Assembly: GCF_964204645.1 (NCBI RefSeq) | Contig: NC_134026.1 | Span: 22,292,150-22,356,149, forward strand | Reading direction: 5' to 3' | Length of the DNA stretch: 64,000 nucleotides | Origin: Tubulanus polymorphus | Lineage: Eukaryota; Animalia; Nemertea | Shown: piece by piece, positions 56,801-64,000 of the stretch | Layout of the letters: every line of letters begins with the position of its first letter | Position numbering within the stretch: the stretch's first letter is position 1 | Position numbers and translations under genes: made by a program | The notes under the pieces: generated by a model | Told to the model about the DNA's origin: nothing | Databases searched by the model: none | The model's input: the letters and a program-made list of their open reading frames with translations, nothing else

Positions 56801-59800
56801 AATAGTTCAGTTTCTGAGTCGTTGAAGTGGTCGGGCGGAGGCTATAAAAGAACAGAAAACAAAATAAGCGCTTAATATAAAAATCATATCAATATTTCAA
56901 ACTACATCAACATAAGACATTTTGAGTTTAGGGCAAAATTGGTAGAAAAAGGTTGAACAAATTCCAGCAGGCTTAGTAACTTTTTGGAATTTGTAAACTT
57001 GTGGAACTGGGTACAGTAACTTAGTAAGGCTTGGATAAATGGATCAAAAGACCAAATATTGAACTGCCTTATGCAATTTTTGACCATTATTTTCTCAGAT
57101 AACAGAAAATTTCAAATGACAAGACTTTGTGGTTTTGTAGGCTACAATAAAGTATGATTAGCTCACATAAACTTTCATATTAATGGTATTCCACTTTATG
57201 AACCGTGTGGCATGAATGTTTAACTTGTTAGTCCACGGAGTTCTTCATTCGCGTGCAGAGTAAATTTTATTTGGCGTAATATTCGTAAGTTGGCTCCAGT
57301 GTGTATGATCACCACGTGAATAAGAAACTTGTCCACTGATTACAGCTGAGCCCCGTGCATTATTTATCAGTAATATCCTTTTGCTGGAAATGCCAGGTGC
57401 ATTAACCATCATGACCAAATCAAAATTACACGCCAAATTCAAAGATTTCCAAAAGACACTTATCTTAGATGGACATTTATCCTCATGGTTTGCAGGATGA
57501 GGGTTGAAGCAATTATCAGGGCACATTTGGCTCAATGCAACAAATGGGGGGGGGGGGTTAGGATTATTAAAACTTCAGGTTGTAATGAAAAAATGCATCA
57601 AATAAAAAATAAAAGCAGATTCAGTTGAATTAAAATGTATTGCCATACACCCGATAGTTATTTCAAATAGAGTTGCATAACATGTCCAATATCCGTCCGT
57701 ATATGTTAGGAAATAAGGAATACCGGCAGAATATAATAATAGATAGGTTCGTTTAATGTATGCGATTATTACATGAAACTGAATCAAAATCTTATACCAA
57801 GAAAAAGCAATTCTATGCTATTACCTATCTCATTATTCCCACTAAAGAAACAACGGTCATTATAGCCACCTCTTGCAGGGGTGATAAGAAAATAAACTAA
57901 TTTTGGTTTTTGAAAATTACAGGATGAAATTGATAAACTGATGAAGTGGATCCTGTGTATAGAGTCAAGGTAGAATAGAGTTTATATGTTCATTCAGTAA
58001 TACACCGGGAGTCCAATATCTATGTCAGGTCAAAGCCTGTGTAGCCAAATTCAACTTTGACAGTCTAGAAGACTGATATAACCACGAATAGATTTTCTCG
58101 TTTTTAAGTGTTTAAAAAATTCTTTGAAAATATCTGCAGACATGTCATTAACTACAAGCTATTTTTTGGAAATGACATCATTCACAGGTCGATCCTAATT
58201 AGAGTTCTGGCTGCAGCAGTGATATTACTGAGTATCTGACCCTGTTACCGGAATATTCATCAAAGTCATCACTGATTTCTTGTGTATGAGATTAGTGTCT
58301 GATACAGTGAGTCTACAATCCTCTACCACTAATTGGGCTTCGACAGTTCATTAGACATGTCCCGAATACAGATGGTAGCGATTTGTTAGAAAAATGACAC
58401 GAGCGCCTCCAAAAGCAGCTACTCGATGACATGTATATATCTGAGGAGGAAATGTTCAGCTTTCATTAATGAAGGTCTTAGGAGTTACTGCAGGATGACT
58501 CAGTTGCTGGAAGAATTCATAAAAAGTCCACTAGTTACATGGTTTTTCAATTTAAAAGTTCGTACATCATCCAGCAAATGCTAAGGTCTGTGGTCAATCA
58601 GCACATGTTGTGCACTAAATCTTAGTACTGCTTATCAGTGTTCTAAGACACACAACATTCATTTCAGCTTCTAAAATTCCAAAAGCATCTGAAAGCAAAA
58701 CACTTAGATTTGTTGGTTTTATGACCTGAGCTGAACCAGCTACTCAGTGCTTAGATTGAAACCCAGTGTCCTATCACTGCAGTCCGGGTAGAGTGCTAAG
58801 ACGCAGCTAGCACTAATGGTTCCTTAATACTCACTTAAATATGTTACAGAGGGTTTCATTATTCAATGTTGCTGTTGATTTACATAACGGAGAAGTACCA
58901 AACCTGCAGATGACAACATAACTGTTTTTGCTACACAGTATTACAGCCATGTATTGAAGTGGTACTTAATAAACACTACAGCAGAGGACACCAGGGAAAC
59001 TCTCTTCAAACCGATGCACCTGACAGCAAGCAGATTACCAGGTTATATACAATCGAAGCCTCTCTCAGTTGTCAGATTATCTGGATCACCAGCAGCTGGA
59101 CATGACTGTAAAGCTACTTTGATTTTCTATGCCTTGATCCACGTTGAACCACATCTTCGGGACATTTCCCCCCCCCCCCCCCCCCCCCCGTACACCAATG
59201 CCTGGTGTTGATAATGTTTTTCTCCATCCAACTACACCACTCAGCTGACAGATGCTTCATGGACTTTGTGGGCTATTTCTCTGAACACACTGACCACCCA
59301 ATGCTCAAAGATATATTGATCTTAAGGGAATTGTCCCTCTTATTTATTTGATTGATTGATTTGATTTGATTTGATTTGTTTCCCTACAAATCCACATCTG
59401 CCTGGAATGAAACAGGTTTTATTAGGGCATCATTAGCAGGTGTGATACATAGTTCTTTTACAAGTTGGGAAGCTAGAGAGGAATCTCCGCCATGACCAGG
59501 GACCCTAGATTGCTGAGACCTGATAGCTGAACATTCTATAATAACCGCCCACTAACTATGCCGCTCCTCTGCTCAATGAACTCACTTTTAGGTTGATAAA
59601 ACGTTGGATATTGCACATCCTTGATGGACTGATTATGGAGTCAATGATTTAACATTCACCGACGGCAAAATCAGTAAATCAGCGAATAATTCATGGAAGT
59701 CAAACGACCGGTTAAAATGGCTGTCGGGCTCGCTGATGGAAGTTTCTTGTTAATTCCGACCGATCGTACGATTAGTGCTCGAAATTCATGGACATCTGAT

Positions 59801-62800
59801 GTCACATGATGAAATATTGAACACTTGTTTGTGTTGAATCAACGAATTTCATCAGTTTCCTGAAATCCGTCTGCCAATCAGCGCACATTACCTGCCTGCG
59901 TTGGATGACTCTATAATTCGCATTGAAAAATCATTTTTCGCATAATAAAGAACGACTCACAGCCTTTCACTGCTGATACATCAATCTGATCACAGTAGTT
60001 GCGTTTGCAAATATGTTGTAATAGTCTACCTTTAGAAGCCGGAAATTGCTTGGTTTCCCTAAAAGGTAACAATTTCCCACGGTAAAACTGTCCAATTTTA
60101 CACTAACTGACAAACGCGTGAACGTCGCTAATAGTGTCTTATAAGGAGAAAGACGCACGTGGTTCTTAACTCATGTAAATACGCCAGTTAAAACGGAAAT
60201 CGTTTTTTTTCCTACTCATTACCTAGCGAGGCAATTCTGAAATGAAATATCCATTTTGTAGTCGTGCTGTTGTACAACAAATACCCAGCTATCGAAGGTA
60301 GTTTGTTTGATGACGGGTCCCATAAATCTATCAGTAGTTGTGTTCTGTGTTGTAGGGGTTAGGTATTAAGGGAATTAAGGTGTTATTACAAAGCTCTACG
60401 ACTCGACTCAAAGTGCCATTTAATGAATCTTGCAAGCAAATGAGGTCTGGGAGAAACACGAAGCAATAAATGTACATACATTAGCACTGTATGTTCGATC
60501 TTTGGATATGGAGGAAAGTAGGACAAAATGGAGATCGAAAAGTTCTACACTTTCTAGCCCGATGTGACTAATTCACCTTTACCAAGAAGCGGCAGCGCTG
60601 TCGTCAAGACTTTACTGGTGATTCAGCTAGGAATACATCAAAGAAAATCAAAGAGACAAGCAGACAACAACAAACAGAGAGAGAAAGAGAGGGAGGGAGA
60701 GAGGGAAATAAGTCACTGCTACAGAACCGACGAATAAAAAGCCAATGCAAACCAGCACCCAGGTGGAAAAAATCAGGAAGCAAAATTCCGCAGCCAACTG
60801 GCACCAAATGTTACCTCCTCGTCCAATAATATCTGCTGCAATAAATGGTTTCGTTCTTCGTCGTCGGAAGTGGCGCAAATGCTGCGAACCGAAGTTGAGT
60901 CAACACTACTAGCCGGTCGGCCAAAGTCATATTCGTCCCAAGCCACTGGTAGTCTCTCCATGTCGAACACTAATGGGGAAACGGCTTCACTTTCGGACGG
61001 TCCTGACTCCATTTTCACGACGGTGATAACCGTAACCGGGGACCAAGGATCATTTTCGACGACCTGTGGGAACGAGCAGTCTTCGACATCTGCCCAGGGA
61101 TTAGTTTCCCCACGCGTCATCGCGCCTGATTTCGTAACCCGTTCGACCTCTCTGTCTACTTCTTCATCCGACTCGACGACTGTCTCGAGACATTGGTCTC
61201 GCGCATGTTCAACACGAATCAGCGGTAAAACCGCACCCGCCCACTGCCACTGATCATCGATATTCGAGCAGCTGGGTGGCGGCCATTCAGCGCTGTTAGA
61301 AAAAGGGTCGGTGTCTTGATGAACTAGCGGATAAGAATCTCGCCTCAGAAGCTAGAATCAGAATAGAGATAAAGCGCCCCGGCTGATTGGATGCAGTTGA
61401 AGATCAATAGGGTCAATTTAGCGGGATTTAGCAAAATCATTTAGTATTTGCTCACTACTCTACCCAGCTTAACATAATCAGACAAACACACGGACATGCT
61501 TCATAAGCAGATTGCTGAATAATTGCACAAATCATCAGATTTTACATACATATATATGTGAAAAACAAGCCCAGAAAAATTGAATTGAAGTCAGATATGC
61601 CTTTGTTGATTGTCTACAATCTTCAATTCTTTAGACAAATTCAAACAATTCTATATCAAACTCTTCAAAAGTTTGAATTATTTTTGGAATTATCTTTTAT
61701 GTATATATCATGTGTTTTGGAGCTAGCTTTTAAAAAACATACGCGCCAACAAAATACTGTGATCATAATAATTCAAATCTTCATTTTTCTCATTCCTTAG
61801 TTTGCTGCAATACCTTAATACACGGGCCAATCAGATCGACAAGCCACGATCACACCAACACGATTTGGCCCGGGCCAAATTGGCACGGTTCAGACTCGGG
61901 CCAAATTTGGCCCGTGCCTAATTAGAGAGCGCGTTCACATGCAAACCATTCACTCGATACTAAACAATGCTCAAACAAAGTGAAGTGGATCATTTCCGGT
62001 GTCATTTGCCGTTCAAAAGCAATCATTTGTCTAATGCTAAAATTTGGCTCGGGCCTGGTCCGACGTTTTTTGGTCGACCAAATTTGGCACGGGCCAAAAA
62101 TGCTCGTGTGATCGCGGCTATAGACATACATAGCTCAAATTGGTTCAAAATCAATATATCAATAATAATAATATACTACTAATGATAACAATAAATATAA
62201 TTTCATGTAGTGTTATTTGCCAAAATATAAAAACTTGCAGCGTTTCAAAATCTAGTTGAAAATGAAAACTTCCATCAAAAGTGTTGCCAAACCGTAATTA
62301 CTTACTGCATAAACTTCGGCCTCCTCGACGAATCCTAGCTGAACGGCGTCATCGAGTTGAGTTTGATCATACCCGTATTCTAAATGTTCGATACTGTCCG
62401 ACATGAACAAATGCTGCAGGTGTTCGTCGAGTGTCTGAGTGGGTATGATGGGTGCGATCGGGTTCTGGACGGCCGGAGGATCACTGATAGAACGGGCGAC
62501 GACCAAACGAACGTGACTGCCCGACTGGCGCAACACCGACGCTACCTGTTCGGATCCCATTCCTCGTACATTAATGTCACCGATCTGCAGCAGGTGATCT
62601 CCACTGTGCAGTCGACCGTCCTATAAATCGAAAAGATTTTCTTTGATTCATAAGTTAACTGTCTGAAAATTCTAAATATAAAACAGGTCTCGAGTTGTTA
62701 GACAGCTTGTGGAATGGTATTAGACTGGTTATCAAATAAAACAAGACAGATAGTTCTTTTTAGGTAAACTTGTTTATTTGAAGTACGAGCTTTTGCTACT

Positions 62801-63406
62801 GATATAGAGTAGCTTAACCCGATGAAGCTACTATACATCATCAGCCTAAATCAAAGCATACTTGTTTATTTGAAATAGGCTATTTATGTATAGTAGCTTC
62901 ATTAGGCAAAGCTACTATATATTAGGAATGAAAGCTAGTACTTCAAATAAACAAGTTAACCTATAAAGTACTATCCGTCTCTTTTTAATTATTCTACACC
63001 AGATTAGCACGCCCCTTTCTACATAACTGCTTATAAAGCTTAGCCTATCCAACAGCAGGGCCCGTTTTTTAAAGTCTATTCCAACGGCTTCAACCATAGG
63101 CTTCAATCATGCTTCAATGTAGGAATATTGTACTGTTTTGATGATCAATAAAATGCAGTTAATCATCTATGTGAGAGGAAAAAAGTTGATTTAAGTGTTA
63201 CAAGATATGACCCAAGATATAAAAGCATTTCAATAGACAGGGAATCTACAGCGATTAACTATTTTACTTACACGATCTGCAACACCTCCTGGCAGGATTG
63301 TTTTGACAACAACGCCAGTGCTTTTGCCTCCAATGATTCCAAAACCGAGACCAGAGCCATCGTTTTGCAAGTCAATAACTTCTAACTGTGTCCATTCTGT
63401 GTTCAA
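5789..63406 (-). CDS. MPDZ: Multiple PDZ domain protein (MPDZ/MUPP1-PATJ family), partial gene span: 26 chained exons, PDZ2-PDZ7; both ends lie outside the window
   Basis: Manually spliced exons give one open frame with six PDZ domains in MPDZ order and MPDZ-like linker motifs ([59 protein letters not shown]). MPDZ versus PATJ cannot be resolved without phylogeny. Confidence 0.93.
6645..6770 (-). CDS. MPDZ: Linker exon: [42 protein letters not shown]
   Basis: tag/cag NAGNAG acceptor, CAG|gtgaga donor, 126 nt, phase 0-0. Confidence 0.82.
7200..7310 (-). CDS. MPDZ: Exon, PDZ7 end: [37 protein letters not shown]
   Basis: ttttttctag acceptor, gtaagt donor, 111 nt, phase 0-0. Confidence 0.95.
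7428..7552 (-). CDS. MPDZ: Exon, PDZ7: (G)[41 protein letters not shown]
   Basis: ctgtttctag acceptor, gttggt donor, 125 nt, phase 1-0. Confidence 0.95.
7807..8297 (-). CDS. MPDZ: Exon, acidic linker and PDZ7 start: [21 protein letters not shown]...[23 protein letters not shown]
   Basis: cgtttttcag acceptor, G|gtgagt donor, 491 nt, phase 2-1; ORF 7757..8269. Confidence 0.92.
8663..8917. mobile_element. MITE family B copy (internally deleted)
   Basis: Ends agctgcgatcacac...atgtgatcgcagt; internal atttggccc/gggccaaat repeats shared with other copies. Confidence 0.8.
11442..11738. mobile_element. MITE family C, piggyBac-like (TTAA-flanked)
   Basis: TTAA|CCCCTTCAGT...ACTGAGAGGG|TTAA; homologous in reverse orientation to 41923-42215. 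Confidence 0.8.
12465..12503 (+). repeat. Degenerate copy of the same hammerhead-like repeat
   Basis: gcgtCTGATGAtggcaataggctttagctGAAAcgttg closely resembles 20745-20779. Confidence 0.6.
14361..14702. mobile_element. MITE family B copy (near full length)
   Basis: TIRs AGCCGCGATCAC / GTGATCGCGGCT; long near-identity with 61842-62119. Confidence 0.88.
17991..18011 (-). CDS. MPDZ: 21-nt microexon: (K)VYPKYY(R)
   Basis: gatatttgcag acceptor, CCG|gtaagc donor, phase 2-2 matching both flanking exons. Confidence 0.65.
18326..18643. mobile_element. MITE family D (long imperfect TIRs)
   Basis: TACATCCTCC..AGGGATT..ACCTGATG versus CATCAGGT..AATCCCTG..GGAGGATGTA; TGGTA on both flanks. Confidence 0.78.
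20004..20338. mobile_element. Two adjacent truncated or degenerate MITE family B pieces (second begins at 20215)
   Basis: ggccgtgatcacacgagcatttt at 20004 and agccgcgatcacacagagacgatttggcccgggcc at 20215. Confidence 0.72.
20634..20837. mobile_element. Penelope-like retroelement remnant with inverted hammerhead-bearing termini
   Basis: Flanked by 13-bp direct repeat TAAACTTAAGATG (20621-20633, 20838-20850); central perfect 37-bp inverted repeat carrying CTGATGA...GAAA on both strands. Confidence 0.7.
20740..20783 (+). ncRNA. Minimal type I hammerhead ribozyme motif
   Basis: tacgc-CTGATGA-t-ggc(loop)gcc-GAAA-cg-TT-gcgta: stem I tacgc/gcgta, stem II ggc/gcc, palindromic ACGT in place of stem III. 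Confidence 0.7.
24641..24748 (-). CDS. MPDZ: Exon, PDZ6 end: (S)[35 protein letters not shown](K)
   Basis: tgttttgcag acceptor, gtaagt donor, 108 nt, phase 2-2. Confidence 0.9.
25208..25409 (-). CDS. MPDZ: Exon, PDZ6: (G)[66 protein letters not shown]
   Basis: ttcttcttcggtag acceptor, AG|gtgtgt donor, 202 nt, phase 1-2. Confidence 0.93.
26392..26593 (-). CDS. MPDZ: Exon, Ser/Pro linker and PDZ6 start: [13 protein letters not shown]...[19 protein letters not shown]...[14 protein letters not shown]
   Basis: tatttgcag acceptor, G|gtacgt donor, 202 nt, phase 0-1. Confidence 0.9.
28080..28163 (-). CDS. MPDZ: Linker exon: [28 protein letters not shown]
   Basis: tgtttgttgacag acceptor, AAG|gtatgc donor, 84 nt, phase 0-0. 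Confidence 0.8.
29062..29199 (-). CDS. MPDZ: Basic, Pro-rich linker exon: [46 protein letters not shown]
   Basis: ttgctttgctgtag acceptor, GAG|gtaaaa donor, 138 nt, phase 0-0. Confidence 0.75.
29375..29545. repeat. AT-rich foldback inverted repeat (probable degenerate MITE)
   Basis: ataataagtt...aagtttaaaagactaaaa..aaattttatttatcaaaa pairs with ttttgataaacaaaatt..ttttagtcttttgaactt...aacttattat. Confidence 0.7.
29731..29841 (-). CDS. MPDZ: Linker exon: [37 protein letters not shown]
   Basis: cttttctgtag acceptor, CAG|gtataa donor, 111 nt, phase 0-0. Confidence 0.78.
30406..30816 (-). CDS. MPDZ: Tyrosine-rich linker exon (137 aa): [18 protein letters not shown]...PPVIYESNE
   Basis: tttctgtacatag acceptor, GAG|gttggt donor, 411 nt open in phase 0-0. 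Confidence 0.8.
31707..31739. repeat. Short tandem duplication (atgagacagccccgagt x2)
   Basis: Directly visible repeat of about 17 bp. Confidence 0.85.
33807..34070. mobile_element. MITE family B copy, truncated at one end, opposite orientation to 14361
   Basis: agccgtgatcacac start; body is the reverse complement of the 14361 and 61842 copies. Confidence 0.8.
34606..34845 (-). CDS. MPDZ: Exon, PDZ5: [33 protein letters not shown]...[17 protein letters not shown]
   Basis: ttgttttgaag acceptor, CAG|gtgggt donor, 240 nt, phase 0-0. Confidence 0.95.
35252..35428. mobile_element. MITE family D, shorter copy
   Basis: cagggattcaaacctgatggcatc...gatgatgtcattatt.gccaatcaga...tcaggtttgaattcctg..ggaggatg shared with the 18326 copy. 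Confidence 0.75.
35467..35889 (-). CDS. MPDZ: Exon, PDZ4 end, linker and PDZ5 start: [22 protein letters not shown]...[12 protein letters not shown]
   Basis: tttttttcag acceptor, gtatgt donor, 423 nt, phase 0-0; ORF 35446..35913. Confidence 0.96.
36219..36392 (-). CDS. MPDZ: Exon, PDZ4: [58 protein letters not shown]
   Basis: tttttgtag acceptor, gtaagt donor, 174 nt, phase 0-0. Confidence 0.96.
38653..38732 (-). CDS. MPDZ: Exon before PDZ4: [26 protein letters not shown]
   Basis: cttttag acceptor, gtatgt donor, 80 nt, phase 1-0; resembles the MPDZ 'KWQ..MG..YEIV' segment. Confidence 0.92.
40591..40624 (-). CDS. MPDZ: Microexon: [11 protein letters not shown](S)
   Basis: ttttgtcttgctag acceptor, weak A|gtaaaa donor, 34 nt, phase 0-1; restores frame into the next exon. 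Confidence 0.5.
40833..40863 (-). CDS. MPDZ: Microexon: (R)[10 protein letters not shown]
   Basis: ttcag/cag NAGNAG acceptor, CCG|gtaagc donor, 31 nt (or 28), phase 2-0. Confidence 0.65.
41923..42215. mobile_element. MITE family C, piggyBac-like, second copy
   Basis: ATAA|CCCTTTCAGT...ACTGAAAGGG|TTAA. Confidence 0.8.
43351..43402 (-). CDS. MPDZ: Small linker exon: (A)[16 protein letters not shown](R)
   Basis: cattttag acceptor, CG|gtaagt donor, 52 nt, phase 1-2; GC-rich island in AT-rich intron. Confidence 0.7.
46394..46745. mobile_element. MITE family B copy (diverged)
   Basis: TIRs AGCTGCAATCACACAA / TTGTGTGATTGCAGCT; shared internal motifs. Confidence 0.82.
51637..51772 (-). CDS. MPDZ: Exon, PDZ3 end: [45 protein letters not shown]
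   Basis: ttttgttgctag acceptor, G|gtttgt donor, 136 nt, phase 0-1. Confidence 0.92.
52302..52390 (-). CDS. MPDZ: Exon, PDZ3 middle: (E)[29 protein letters not shown]
   Basis: cttttcag acceptor, gtaatc donor, 89 nt, phase 1-0. Confidence 0.94.
56727..56841 (-). CDS. MPDZ: Exon, PDZ3 start: [38 protein letters not shown]
   Basis: cttttatag acceptor, gtaatt donor, 115 nt, phase 0-1. Confidence 0.93.
57546..57557. repeat. Poly-G tract (G12)
   Basis: Homopolymer. Confidence 0.9.
59168..59189. repeat. Poly-C tract (C22; G22 on the transcribed strand)
   Basis: Homopolymer. Confidence 0.95.
60815..61351 (-). CDS. MPDZ: Large acidic linker exon (179 aa, [10 protein letters not shown]...QQILLDEE), frame-symmetric
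   Basis: ctgattctag acceptor, GAG|gtaaca donor, 537 nt open in phase 0-0; contains ORF 60773..61120. Confidence 0.75.
61842..62119. mobile_element. MITE family B copy
   Basis: agccacgatcacac...gtgtgatcgcggct; near-identical core to 14361-14702. Confidence 0.88.
62306..62620 (-). CDS. MPDZ: Exon, PDZ2 C-half plus linker: [43 protein letters not shown]...EAEVYA
   Basis: tttatag acceptor, gtaagt donor, 315 nt, phase 0-0; overlaps ORF 62252..62560. Confidence 0.93.
62744..62980. repeat. Degenerate inverted repeat with hammerhead-like relics (second Penelope-type family?)
   Basis: agacagatagt..taggtaaacttgtttatttgaagtac.agc mirrored by gctagtacttcaaataaacaagttaaccta..actatccgtct; internal ccgatgaagctac and gctac..gtagc-aaaa-gctc. 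Confidence 0.55.
63272..63406 (-). CDS. MPDZ: Exon, PDZ2 N-half: [45 protein letters not shown]
   Basis: ttag acceptor, gtaagt donor, 135 nt, phase 0-0; GLGF loop. Confidence 0.95.
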
Positions 63407-64000
63407 CTAAAATACACAACCGTAAAAATATGGGTTAGAGATAACTACCAATTACTATTGACTAGATTAGCATATAAAAATCTTAATCAGGTAAAGAGAG
63501 CAATTTTTTATTGCCAATTGCAGATGATTTTTGACTGGTTCTGATATATTGCTGCGGCGAATTTACTTCAATTTCTTCAAAAGCATGGTATTCTCAGAAG
63601 AAAAAATAATGTCATTCAGCAAATTATTGCCACAGGTCAGGGATTTCCCCAAACAGGAGCCAGTTCCACAGTGGACTCCAAGTGATCTAATTTCACGACT
63701 GGGTCCAGGGATACTTCATAACGTTCTTATCGGTATAACTTTTCAACTTTTCAATGCCAAAGTGCCACCAGGTAAGAGAATAAATTACTGGTAAATATAC
63801 ACTCTATTCATACATATACAATGAAAGATGCAGAGAATGGGGAATTGATGGTAATTTTCAGCCACGAAAAAAGTCTTCATACAATGTTCGGACAACACTG
63901 TAGGGGATAGCAAGTCATCTGCTTTTCAATAGTGGATAATAGTGCAGCCAATTCATGTAAATCTATACATGGATAATATGTTCAAGCATAGAGAGAGAGA

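Overview
AT-rich eukaryotic (metazoan, probably invertebrate) genomic DNA. Almost the whole window is one large minus-strand, intron-rich gene of the MPDZ/MUPP1-PATJ multi-PDZ scaffold family, which enters at the right edge and leaves at the left. By hand I can chain 26 GT-AG exons (63406 down to 5789; 4576 nt, about 1525 codons, no stops, all splice phases compatible). They cover the domains equivalent to MPDZ PDZ2-PDZ7 and end at the conserved 'EDEFGY' motif before PDZ8. The linkers include four microexons, several frame-symmetric cassette-like exons (one very Tyr-rich), a candidate poison exon and three candidate phase-2 alternative terminal exons between PDZ6 and PDZ7. Introns hold several MITE families, Penelope-type inverted fragments with minimal hammerhead ribozyme motifs, and microsatellites. 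I found no prokaryotic system, CRISPR array, tRNA/rRNA gene or autonomous transposase. Most short ORFs in the supplied track are spurious. I cannot show a wholly new system from sequence alone. The best leads are the inferred alternative-splicing architecture and the palindromic double-hammerhead insertion.
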